Shown: positions 19,380-28,877 of the stretch, one piece after another
How positions within the stretch are numbered: the first letter of the stretch is position 1
Layout of the letters: every line of letters starts with the position of its first letter
Origin: Clostridiales bacterium
GTDB taxonomy: Bacteria; Bacillota; Clostridia; Christensenellales; UBA1242
NCBI GenBank assembly: GCA_918292005.1
Contig: CAKJZJ010000017.1
Location: 5,051 to 69,050 of the forward strand
DNA: 64,000 bases
Direction of reading: 5' to 3'
The notes under the pieces: generated by a model
Databases searched by the model: none
Told to the model about the DNA's origin: nothing
Seen by the model: only the letters and a program-made list of their open reading frames with translations
Translations under genes and position numbers: made by a program

Positions 19380-21214
19380 ATGGGTTATCAATTTTGAAAT
19401 TTGCAAAAAAGACTAAAAGTAAATTTAGTCTTCTTTTATATTTACAAATTTCCAGTGATAACCACCAGAGCTTTGAGATTTACCTTTACAACATACAGAT
19501 ATAGCACTACGGCTCACATTTATGGTTTGTGCCGCTTCCTTAATGCTATTATAAATAATGCCTGTATCTAAATTAACGACTTTTTTATAATGTGAAGATA
19601 TAGTTATTTGTCTTGCACACTTTGGACAGTTGCGACCTCTTACTCTACAACTAGGACTGGTTTGCCATTCGTAGCCACATTTCTTACATTTCCACCAGTA
19701 TTTTTTATTTGTTTGTGGTCTGATTTGATATGGTTTAATATCGCCATTTTTTTCATAATGCCATTCTTTTACAATTTTAGGAAACAATGTTTCTAAATCA
19801 TTATCGCCAGATAATACTTTTTGTCCAGCACAATATGGACAACCACATTTCATACTGCCTGCTCTTGATGAAACAGTTGCTTGCCACTCGTGTCCTTTTT
19901 TGCACTTCCACCATACTTTTTTATCACTACCTAGTGTAACATATTCAGGATTAACTTTGTTCCTATCATAATCCCATTCGTTTATTAAAATGTGGTTAGC
20001 GATACTATTTTCTTTTGATATTGTTAAAGCTTTATTTAGTATTTTCATATAATCATTTTCAATGTTTGGGGTTGAATTAAGGTTTGTATTAAAAGCTTTA
20101 TTAATAAAATCAAATGTTTGTTTAATAATTTCTTTAAGTTGTAAAATAGGGTTTTTATAAATATTTACATATACGAGATATGAATTTGTTTCATATTCAG
20201 GACAACCAATCTCACGAATACGCACTAGTTTTAAATTATTTTTAGCACATAGTTGATCTTTTTTAAAATCACGTTCTATATTTTTATGCCATTGCCTACC
20301 ATCATATTCTATACCTAAATTTAATTCTGGTATAAATATATCAATTTCCATTGTGTTTAACCAATCAAAATGTTTACTCTCTTCGATTTTAAAATATTTT
20401 GACAAGTAATATGATAATGTTTTTTCTCGAATAGAAGTTTTTAATTCATTTTTACAATATGGACATTCAGTTTTTAAACCAGCTCTTGATCCAATTGTTG
20501 CCAACCATTCATGACCTTTTTTACATTTCCACCAAATCTTTTTAGTCATTCCATGGCTAACCTCTTGTGGGGTTAATACATTTTTTTCATAATTCCACTC
20601 TTTTAACAATTCAGGATGTGTCGTTGCTAAGTCATTTACTCCCACAATGATTTTTTGACCTGAACATATTGGACAAACAATTCTACCTTCCGTCATGTGG
20701 CAAACTTTCGCTTGAAAAACATGTCTTTTATCTTTATCACAAATCCACCAAACTTTTTTGTTGCAATGTGGAAAAATTTCACTTGGTTTTTCTTTATTCA
20801 AATCATAATTCCATTTTCTTGCTATTTTTGGAAATAATGTTTGTAAATCATTTTTACCACTCACTAAGATTTTATTTGCACATGCCGGACAACCTTGTCC
20901 TTTATTTCTATTATTACAGATGCTTAACCATTCATAATTACAAATGTGGCATTTCCACCATGCTTTTTTATTACTACCAAGAGTTGTTTTGTCTGGAAAA
21001 ATACCAAGAGAATTATTTTTCTCCCAGTTCCATTCTTTCATTAACTCTTTGTTGTTTATTATATAATCTTTGATCATATGTGTATTATAACATAAAAATA
21101 ATAAAAAGTCTCGAATTGACCAAATTTTTGTGTTAAGAGAGAATTAAAAAACACCCTAACTTTTTCAAGTTAAAGTGTTAATTATTTGGCTAGTTTCAAA
21201 AGTCAGCAACTATA
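19380..21214. mobile_element. Cassette A: non-autonomous element with conserved ends, inserted in the degV terminator loop
   Basis: Both ends are shared with 40242-42339. Flanked by AAAAGCAGG (19371-19379) and CCTGCTTTT (21216-21224). Boundaries are uncertain by about 3 bp. Confidence 0.75.
19425..21077 (-). CDS. Zinc-ribbon repeat (DUF4379-like) protein with Vsr/DUF559-like nuclease and NUMOD1-like C-terminus
   Basis: Five WWxC...CPxC modules, central EIDIFIPELNLGIEYDGRQWH, and C-terminal YNSIKEAAQTINVSRSAISVCCKGKSQSSGGYHWKF. Confidence 0.8.
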   Translation of the reverse strand: MIKDYIINNKELMKEWNWEKNNSLGIFPDKTTLGSNKKAWWKCHICNYEWLSICNNRNKGQGCPACANKILVSGKNDLQTLFPKIARKWNYDLNKEKPSEIFPHCNKKVWWICDKDKRHVFQAKVCHMTEGRIVCPICSGQKIIVGVNDLATTHPELLKEWNYEKNVLTPQEVSHGMTKKIWWKCKKGHEWLATIGSRAGLKTECPYCKNELKTSIREKTLSYYLSKYFKIEESKHFDWLNTMEIDIFIPELNLGIEYDGRQWHKNIERDFKKDQLCAKNNLKLVRIREIGCPEYETNSYLVYVNIYKNPILQLKEIIKQTFDFINKAFNTNLNSTPNIENDYMKILNKALTISKENSIANHILINEWDYDRNKVNPEYVTLGSDKKVWWKCKKGHEWQATVSSRAGSMKCGCPYCAGQKVLSGDNDLETLFPKIVKEWHYEKNGDIKPYQIRPQTNKKYWWKCKKCGYEWQTSPSCRVRGRNCPKCARQITISSHYKKVVNLDTGIIYNSIKEAAQTINVSRSAISVCCKGKSQSSGGYHWKFVNIKED

Positions 21215-21222
21215 ACCTGCTT

Positions 21223-22059
21223 TTATTTATCAAGGAAAAGTACTCCTATACAATTCTCGCCACAATGGCTAGATATTGTGCCACCTGCTCTGGTAGGGTA
21301 GATGTGACCAAATCCACGATCTTTCAGTATCTCTGTGATGGCTGTTTCGGCTTCGGGCATGTCGGTCGAACTAGTGATAAATACATAGTCTAGTTCGGGA
21401 TCGGGGTGGGATACTAGCAAATCTTTGCAGTATTTGATGGCTACTTTGTTTATGTCGCCGGTGTATTTTTTACCTACACCCATTTTGCCATTAGCGACAA
21501 TGATTTGTGGTTTGATTCTTAGGATATTAGCACCCAACATTGCTAGAGCAGAACATCTGCCACCTTTGTATAGATAATTGAGTTTTTCTAGAACAAAACT
21601 TGCTTGGGTTTTTTCGGTCAGTTTGTTTATAGTGGCGACTATCTCTTCTGGAGACTTGCCGGCTTTTGCTAGCTCTGTGGCTTTGATGGCCTGTAGTGCA
21701 ATACCGGTAGATAGAGTTTTGCTATCTATTACATATACGTTACTCATCTCTTTAGCTATCATAACGGCATTATTGTATGCACTGCTCATTAGAGAACTGA
21801 GTGTAATGTGTATTATTGCATCGTAGTCCTTTTTTAAGTTTTCGAAATATTCCTTGTATTGCTCTGGACTGACGGCAGATGTCTTTGGTAATTTTTTGGT
21901 TTTAGATACGTACTCAAATATATCTTTTGATATACCAAATCTATCTTTTTCAATTTTGTCACCAAAAGTTATAGAGAATGGTGTGGTGGTTATGCCGAAT
22001 TTATCTAGTAATTCTTGTGGTAAATCGATTGTGCTTTCGGCAGATATTGCTATTTTCAT
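21223..22059 (-). CDS. DegV family fatty-acid-binding protein
   Basis: LPKTSAVS, SSLMSSAY, IDSKTLSTG, YLYKGGR and ISSHCG motifs. Confidence 0.9.
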   Translation of the reverse strand: MKIAISAESTIDLPQELLDKFGITTTPFSITFGDKIEKDRFGISKDIFEYVSKTKKLPKTSAVSPEQYKEYFENLKKDYDAIIHITLSSLMSSAYNNAVMIAKEMSNVYVIDSKTLSTGIALQAIKATELAKAGKSPEEIVATINKLTEKTQASFVLEKLNYLYKGGRCSALAMLGANILRIKPQIIVANGKMGVGKKYTGDINKVAIKYCKDLLVSHPDPELDYVFITSSTDMPEAETAITEILKDRGFGHIYPTRAGGTISSHCGENCIGVLFLDK

Positions 22060-22265
22060 AATTCATCTCCTAGTTCTTTTTATATTTTCATTGTATTGCA
22101 AATGTGATTTTTTTACACTCTAATTTGTGTCCTGGGAATTCTCTACTGATGCGAGTTAATTCTACTAATCAGTTTTGTCACTCTATTATGAATAGAGTGG
22201 GCAAAATTTGCTTGTATTGACGGCGTGTATGTGCTAAAATAAATGTAGAATGAAAAGGGAAAATT

Positions 22266-23474
22266 ATGAAATTATTGGCTAGTAACAAATGGAAAAAAAG
22301 ATTGCCATTTGATAATGTAATATATAAAGATGTGCGTAGGCATAGTCTGCAATTAAGTGCTTTAGAGCGAGAAATTATGAACGTTCAGATAGATTTCTAT
22401 AGAACGCATTTTTCGCTTGAGCAGGTAATGGTTCATTTCCGAATTTTGAAAACTCCAGAAGAAAAAGAAACTTTTATAAAAGCAGTATTGAAAAGACTAG
22501 ACAATGTACTCTATATCCCTGTAGCATTGAATGGCTATTATAAAAAAATAATTAAAGAAGAATTCGCCGAATATAGAGCATTTTTTGAGATTGTGCTGAA
22601 TAGGTCCTTGGAACAAAAACACGACAATCTAATGTTGCCTATATACAAAAAAATATTTGGCGAATATTACAAGTGTATTGTAAAAGATGTAAATAAATAT
22701 TATAAACAAAAACCATTCATGGTATCTGATAGAGTATTGAAACCAGAAGCCCAGGAGAATACTGCTAGAGATATAATAAAGAGTATTCAAGATGATCTAT
22801 ATCTTGCTGCTATCTATGGCAGGTCGACGGTTAGACGTAGTGTGCCTATATCTGTAGTTGATGATTATGGTTATGGCGAGTGGACCAGTAAAAATGTATC
22901 ATTTGCTACCAATAGATTTTATCTATATGCCAATCATGATAAACTCACCAAATTGCAATTAGAATATATGATATATCTGAATGTTTATCCGGGCTATGGA
23001 CATTTCTATAATACTGTGCTAGATGAGCCACATAATATATGTTTCGATAATGGTGCTACTTATCTAATCAATGGCTGGGGAATGTATGCATCATGCTTTA
23101 GTAAAAATTCTCCTTATGCTACAAATAGACTGGTGGAAGCATGTACTATTGCACATCATCTGCTGGGTAAAAATCTAGAGAAAGCATTTGAAAATGTTTA
23201 CGTATATCTACTCAGCAAATATACCAAAGCACAAGCACAGGAGTATCTAGCATCTTATTCCCAATTCCCAGGAGATTATATGAGTTATGTTTTGGGGGCT
23301 CTCGCTACATTTGAGTGTATCAAAGTGGGTTTTGCCAATAATCCATTAGACTATCTGAATACACTAAAAGATATTAATTGTGGAGATTTTTTCGCATTGT
23401 ATTCTCCTAAAATGCAGAGAAAAATCGCCAAAACTACTATTACAGCCAAAGTTTCGCCTAAATTTTTACAATAA
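22266..23474 (+). CDS. DUF885-like protein with degenerate metallopeptidase motifs
   Basis: YLNVYPGYGH, INGWGMYA and PGDYMSYVLG align with DUF885 HExxPGHH, EGWALYAE and PGQAxxYxxG. Confidence 0.55.
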   Translation: MKLLASNKWKKRLPFDNVIYKDVRRHSLQLSALEREIMNVQIDFYRTHFSLEQVMVHFRILKTPEEKETFIKAVLKRLDNVLYIPVALNGYYKKIIKEEFAEYRAFFEIVLNRSLEQKHDNLMLPIYKKIFGEYYKCIVKDVNKYYKQKPFMVSDRVLKPEAQENTARDIIKSIQDDLYLAAIYGRSTVRRSVPISVVDDYGYGEWTSKNVSFATNRFYLYANHDKLTKLQLEYMIYLNVYPGYGHFYNTVLDEPHNICFDNGATYLINGWGMYASCFSKNSPYATNRLVEACTIAHHLLGKNLEKAFENVYVYLLSKYTKAQAQEYLASYSQFPGDYMSYVLGALATFECIKVGFANNPLDYLNTLKDINCGDFFALYSPKMQRKIAKTTITAKVSPKFLQ

Positions 23475-23502
23475 AAAAGAAGGACTAAGTCCTTCTTTTT
23501 TT
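23472..23502. terminator. Bidirectional intrinsic terminator
   Basis: AAAAAA GAAGGAC TAA GTCCTTC TTTTTT. Confidence 0.8.
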
Positions 23503-23509
23503 TCTTATA

Positions 23510-23941
23510 TTAATCTCTATCCATAGTATCCACTGTATGTGGTTTGTATCCGTATGCAATTTTAGTCAAATATTTGCCGAGCATACCATTCAATTCGGAT
23601 GCTTGAATTATGCCTTTGTTAGACATAGCATTGTAATAGTATACTTCGAGTAATTCTCTAGACTTTACTATTGCGCTTACTAGGTCGCGTTGGGTATATT
23701 CTACGTCCATTGTATGATTCTCGCCTAGTAGTATTCTAGAGTCTCTGATATCTCCTCTCAATGTATCCAAGAATTCTTCCATTTTGGCACTAGTTCTAAA
23801 TGCAAAAGAACGATTGAATAGTCCGACTTGGCTCTCTGGTACCATTGTGCTTTTAACATTGTTGAGAGCCAATTCCAATTCACGGTCTCTTTTTATATGA
23901 ATACGTAGTGTTTCTTCATTTGGTTTAATTTGATTTTTCAT
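23510..23941 (-). CDS. Hypothetical protein (143 aa)
   Basis: GGGGGA RBS before ATG 23941. The longer ORF-track start overlaps the divergent gene and is unlikely. Confidence 0.7.
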   Translation of the reverse strand: MKNQIKPNEETLRIHIKRDRELELALNNVKSTMVPESQVGLFNRSFAFRTSAKMEEFLDTLRGDIRDSRILLGENHTMDVEYTQRDLVSAIVKSRELLEVYYYNAMSNKGIIQASELNGMLGKYLTKIAYGYKPHTVDTMDRD

Positions 23942-24095
23942 TGTATTTCCCCCAATCCATTTTCCTGTTACAATTTTATCATAGTATGGGGGATGTGTCA
24001 ATAGTGAATTTTTTTGGGGTGGGCATTTAGAGTAGTATTGCAAAATGTGTAATTGTATGCTATAATATGTACAATAAGAAATATGGGGGTGTATT

Positions 24096-25241
24096 ATGCC
24101 TGTACCAGATAGTAGAGATTTGAGAATTAGGAAACTGCTCAATGCGAGAGTGTCAGAGAAATTAAAGACATTTAGAGACAAGATATACTGTGTGTATGCA
24201 GATACGTCTGATTGCAATATAACTCTATCCAATTTATATGATAATTTTGTAGAAGAATCTGGAAGTCATTTCGGCGATACGATTACTAGAATTGGTAGAC
24301 ACCAGGATAGTCAAAGAATGGGTAAATATACAGTATATAATTACTTTGATAATGATTCACTATATGCTTTTGACAAATACTTGGAAAAACTATTACAATT
24401 CATTTACAATAATAGGGAAATAGTTCAGGGATATAGATATCCTAGAATTACACCTCGCACTATAGACAAATCAATGCAACAAGTAGTGGATTGGTCTGTG
24501 AAAAATAAAAATAAAAGTGAATCAAATTATTACAAAGGCTATGCCACACTAGCACTCAAATCCGAAAGGGGATATTTACATCTAGATCCTATCACGACAG
24601 GAGTGTCCAAGACTCTAGCAGGCAAATTAACTCCAGCAGAGATTGATGATGAAATAAATGAATACTTCAGAGAAAGACATACCAAGACTAGTGTCACTAC
24701 CACCGAGCCTGCACGTACAACAGGATTGACACATATATCTGACATTATTCCCAAGGCCATTCCTAAGCCTGCTGAATTGTCCGAAGATGAAGCAGATGTA
24801 TATGAATATATAGATTATACATACCATGACAAGAATGGAGACAAACACTGCAAATTGCGTATTGATAGTGATGAGTGGTTCTATGATAGTGAAGGTGTCA
24901 TGAATATTCGTAAAATCATAGCAGTAGGTCCAGAAGGAATGTTGATTGGTACATACAGGTGTGATGATGGACAATTAGCAAATAGACGAGTATATACTGG
25001 ACTATTGTATGACGAAGAATACAATCCTGTGCAAGATGAAGAAGAAACAGGTGAAGTATTCTACCCACATAAATCTCTAAGGGCTGCATGTGGTGAGATG
25101 AGAGAAAGGGTGGCAACAGAATCAAAAACCAATCCAAAAAATACAGGTAAAAAATCTACTAGAAAACCTAAAGTAAAACCAGACGATCCAAACCAGATGA
25201 CATTATTTGATAATCCAACAGATGGCAAAGATGAAATGTAA
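24096..25241 (+). CDS. Hypothetical protein (381 aa) with C-terminal QMTLF motif
   Basis: GGGGGTG RBS and a downstream terminator. No family recognised. Confidence 0.75.
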   Translation: MPVPDSRDLRIRKLLNARVSEKLKTFRDKIYCVYADTSDCNITLSNLYDNFVEESGSHFGDTITRIGRHQDSQRMGKYTVYNYFDNDSLYAFDKYLEKLLQFIYNNREIVQGYRYPRITPRTIDKSMQQVVDWSVKNKNKSESNYYKGYATLALKSERGYLHLDPITTGVSKTLAGKLTPAEIDDEINEYFRERHTKTSVTTTEPARTTGLTHISDIIPKAIPKPAELSEDEADVYEYIDYTYHDKNGDKHCKLRIDSDEWFYDSEGVMNIRKIIAVGPEGMLIGTYRCDDGQLANRRVYTGLLYDEEYNPVQDEEETGEVFYPHKSLRAACGEMRERVATESKTNPKNTGKKSTRKPKVKPDDPNQMTLFDNPTDGKDEM

Positions 25242-25277
25242 AAAGAAAAAGAATGAGACTGCTATCTCATTCTTTTT

Positions 25278-26297
25278 TTATAATTGAATTATTCTAAATC
25301 CGGCGGCACGAATTAGTCTATTATATACAGCCATGGATATGCCTGTTGTTTCTGGACATCGGGCATATACTGTTTCGGCATGCATTTCATCCAATTCACG
25401 TAGCGCTCTAAAGAGCCTATGGGCTTGTTCCTGTGGACTAGTAATACTACCATAGGTGATAGTGGGTAGTACAAAGGCATCTTTTTCTTCATCAAAGCAC
25501 ATTACAAACATGTTATCACAAGTGTGCATATCTACATATTTTTTAAATTCTTCTAGTGTTCCTTTTAATATTGTGATATTTGCTTTTGGGGCATAATGTT
25601 TATATTTAATGCCAGGAGATAATACTTTTTTGTCAGAAACGTGTTTTTCTAATACGCCTTTTGCAATATCAACTTTTTTGTTTAAACATGTCTCTATCAT
25701 CTCTTTGGTGATAACACCTGGACGTAAGATAATAGGGGTGTCGTCTAGCGTAGATATGACTGTGGACTCTACACCAGCATCACATTCCCCACCATCTATG
25801 ATGAGTGGGATTCTACCTATCATATCGGTGTATACATCATTTGCATTGGTGGGACTGGGTTTGCCAGATAGATTGGCGCTGGGTGCTGCAAATGCAATTC
25901 TGGATCTAGATATTATCTCATGTGCTATGGGATGTGATGGCATCCTGACTCCCACACTATTTAGACCTGCACAGGTGCTATCACACACCTTATTACCTTT
26001 AGGCATAATAATTGTGATTGGCCCCGGCCAAAATGTCTCAGCGAGTTTTTTTGCATCATCTGGGATTTTAGATACAATGCCGTCCAGCATATCCATATTT
26101 GCTATATGTACTATTAGGGGATTGTCTTGAGGTCTGCCTTTTGCTGTAAATATTTTTTGTATTGCTGATGGATTTGTACTATCTCCTGCTAGACCATAGA
26201 CAGTCTCTGTCGGTACTGCTACGACTTCTCCATTTTGCAGAAGTTTACAGGCTAGATTTATACTATCTTCTGTGGGCTTTAAAATTTGAGTTTCCAT
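25278..26297 (-). CDS. sua5: Threonylcarbamoyl-AMP synthase (Sua5)
   Basis: PTETVYGL, KGRPQDNPLIVH, APSANLSG, STV and SPGIKYKHYAP motifs. Confidence 0.93.
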   Translation of the reverse strand: METQILKPTEDSINLACKLLQNGEVVAVPTETVYGLAGDSTNPSAIQKIFTAKGRPQDNPLIVHIANMDMLDGIVSKIPDDAKKLAETFWPGPITIIMPKGNKVCDSTCAGLNSVGVRMPSHPIAHEIISRSRIAFAAPSANLSGKPSPTNANDVYTDMIGRIPLIIDGGECDAGVESTVISTLDDTPIILRPGVITKEMIETCLNKKVDIAKGVLEKHVSDKKVLSPGIKYKHYAPKANITILKGTLEEFKKYVDMHTCDNMFVMCFDEEKDAFVLPTITYGSITSPQEQAHRLFRALRELDEMHAETVYARCPETTGISMAVYNRLIRAAGFRIIQL

Positions 26298-26402
26298 ATC
26301 TGCTCCTTTGACTACATAATAATATAACACACATGTTTTTTTGTTACAAGTGAGTGGTGGGTTTTGTTTTGTAATTATTATTTTTCTGGGTATAATAGTA
26401 GT

Positions 26403-27224
26403 ATGAAAACCAAAGAAAAATCAAAAAATGCTTGTAAAAAAATTTATTACTATTCAGACCCTTTGAATGATGATTTCGCTGGTACAAATATAAAGACTAA
26501 ACAGGTCGGGGAGAACTTTCAATTTTTACATAAAAGTTTATTTTGGCGATTTCTATCATTTATTGCTTACTATGTAGTGGCATTTATACCCGTATGGATA
26601 TTTGTTCGCATTATCCATGGTGTAAAATTCAAAGGCAAGAAGAATTTGCGTAAGGTGAAAGGCCCCAAATTTTTCTATGGTAATCACACTCAAATAATAG
26701 ATGTACTAGAGCCTAGCATCATTTCTTGGCCTAGGAGAAATAAGATAATGGCATCTCCTGATGTTGTATCCATCTGGGGTATCAAAAATTTCGTACAGAT
26801 GCTAGGGGCTATTCCCGTTCCTAATAATATAGGTGCTCTAAAAAAATTTAAAACGGCTATCGATTATGACTATAAAAGGGGTTACGATATCTATGTATTC
26901 CCCGAAGCACACATTTGGCCATATTATACTGGTGTTAGACCATTCAGTGATGTTACATTCTCCTATGCTATTAGTTTAAATGCGCCAGTATTTGCATTCT
27001 TTACAGCATATTCTCCACCTAGGAGTATTTTTAAACTTTTCCCACACAAAACAACCAAGACTATATATATCAGTGAGCCTTTTTATATAAATACAGATTT
27101 GCCTAGGAAAGAGGCAAAAAAAGACTTGCGTGATAGAGTGTATAATTGGATGTTAGATTGCTCCAAAAAATACAATACATACGAAGTAATTCAGTATGTA
27201 CAAGTAGATAAAAAAGAAAAATAA
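26403..27224 (+). CDS. Lysophospholipid acyltransferase (PlsC-like)
   Basis: NHTQIID (HX4D) and FPEAH motifs. Confidence 0.8.
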   Translation: MKTKEKSKNACKKIYYYSDPLNDDFAGTNIKTKQVGENFQFLHKSLFWRFLSFIAYYVVAFIPVWIFVRIIHGVKFKGKKNLRKVKGPKFFYGNHTQIIDVLEPSIISWPRRNKIMASPDVVSIWGIKNFVQMLGAIPVPNNIGALKKFKTAIDYDYKRGYDIYVFPEAHIWPYYTGVRPFSDVTFSYAISLNAPVFAFFTAYSPPRSIFKLFPHKTTKTIYISEPFYINTDLPRKEAKKDLRDRVYNWMLDCSKKYNTYEVIQYVQVDKKEK

Positions 27225-27254
27225 AAACTGCTATTACTAGCAGTTTTTTTGTTT

Positions 27255-28631
27255 TTAGAAATTACAATTTTTAGGTGTTCTAGGGAATGGCATAACGTCT
27301 CTAATATTTGTCATACCAGTTACATACATGATGAATCTATCGAAGCCCATGCCGAAGCCACTATGTTTAACCGAACCGAATTTTCTTAGGTTTAGATACC
27401 ACCAATAACTCTCTTCGTTTAGGCCTAATTCATGTATTCTATTTAGTAGTACATCATATCTTTCTTCTCTTTCACTAGCACCACACAATTCTCCGATACC
27501 TGGTACTAGTAGGTCGGTGGCTTTTACTGTCTTGCCATCATCATTTACACGCATATAGAATGCTTTGATTTCCTTTGGATAATTGTATACGAATACAGGT
27601 TTGCCATAGACTACTTGAGATAGATATTTCTCGTGTTCGCTTTGTAGGTCGCAACCCCATTCTACTTTGAATTCAAATTTATCGTTATTTTTCTCTAGTT
27701 CTTTGATGGCATCGGTATATGTTACTCTAGCAAAGTCATTATCTGTTACATTGTGTAATTTTTCTAGTAATCCTTTTTCTACGAATTTATCGAAAAACTC
27801 TAGTTCATCTTTGCATTTGGTGAATAGGTGATTGATAACGTATTTTATCATGGCTTCCATGACGTCCATATCATCAAAAAGTTCGTAAAATGCCATCTCT
27901 GGCTCAATATGCCAGAATTCATTTACATGCTTTACAGTATTGCTATTTTCTGCTCTGAATGATGGGCCAAAAGTGTATATCTTACCCATTGATAGAGCGA
28001 ATGCTTCGCCTTCTAATTGACACGATGGAGATAGGTATACTTCTTTACCAAAAAGTTCGTCTTTTGGATCTAATTTATGGCCAGCATAGATGTCTTGTGT
28101 ACTTACTTTAAATAATTCTCCAGCACCTTCACAGTCGGAAGCAGTGAGTATTGGTGCATGTACATATGTGAATCCTTCACTATTGAAAAATTCGTGCAAT
28201 GCAAAGGCAGATTCACTCCTTACTCTGAATACGGCATTGAAAAGATTGGTTCTACCACGCAAATATGCCTGGTCACGCAAAAATTCGTAACTATGGCCTT
28301 TTTTCTGTAGTGGGTATGTCTCGTCGGTAGCACATACGATTTCCACACTATCGCACTGCAATTCGAAAGGCTGTTTTGCATTAGGGGTGGATACTAGTTT
28401 GCCATGACATATTACTGATGAGCCAGCATTGAGTTTTGATACTTCGCTGTAATTAGGCATTTTGCTATTTAATACTACCTGAGCGCCTTTAAAACTAGTG
28501 CCATCATTCAAATCTAGAAAGCCGAAATTTTTCAGGTCTCTGACCGATCTAACCCAGCCTGCTAGAGTCACTTCTTTGCCATCATATTGTTTCAAATCTT
28601 TGTATATTTTGTTTAAGTCTAATTTTTTCAT
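27255..28631 (-). CDS. asnS: Asparagine--tRNA ligase
   Basis: OB-fold N-terminus, YPLQKK, CEGAGELF, FRAENS, DLQSEHE and HSGFGMGFDR motifs. Confidence 0.95.
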   Translation of the reverse strand: MKKLDLNKIYKDLKQYDGKEVTLAGWVRSVRDLKNFGFLDLNDGTSFKGAQVVLNSKMPNYSEVSKLNAGSSVICHGKLVSTPNAKQPFELQCDSVEIVCATDETYPLQKKGHSYEFLRDQAYLRGRTNLFNAVFRVRSESAFALHEFFNSEGFTYVHAPILTASDCEGAGELFKVSTQDIYAGHKLDPKDELFGKEVYLSPSCQLEGEAFALSMGKIYTFGPSFRAENSNTVKHVNEFWHIEPEMAFYELFDDMDVMEAMIKYVINHLFTKCKDELEFFDKFVEKGLLEKLHNVTDNDFARVTYTDAIKELEKNNDKFEFKVEWGCDLQSEHEKYLSQVVYGKPVFVYNYPKEIKAFYMRVNDDGKTVKATDLLVPGIGELCGASEREERYDVLLNRIHELGLNEESYWWYLNLRKFGSVKHSGFGMGFDRFIMYVTGMTNIRDVMPFPRTPKNCNF

Positions 28632-28877
28632 GATTGCTCCCCATAAGGTTCTAATAAATTTATACTATATTTTACACTTTTTATTTGTTTTTGTCTAAAA
28701 AAAACCACGTATTTATAAATATTATTGATATTAATAATAAACGTATTTTACACCCATTGTGTGCAAAATGCAATAGTATTATAAAATATGATGTTGGGGT
28801 GGATTTGGCGTAAATATTTTGAGAAAGGAAAAACTTATGTTAGAATGAAAATAATTAAATAATTTTGCGAGGTAATA

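Noticed and set aside
19380-19400. Assignment of the cassette ends to IS231 or IS1182
   Set aside because: There is only a loose remembered resemblance, no direct target duplication is visible and no transposase is present. An ISfinder search is needed.
23942-24232. N-terminal extension of the 240-aa ORF
   Set aside because: It overlaps the divergent 24096 gene, and a strong RBS precedes ATG 23941.
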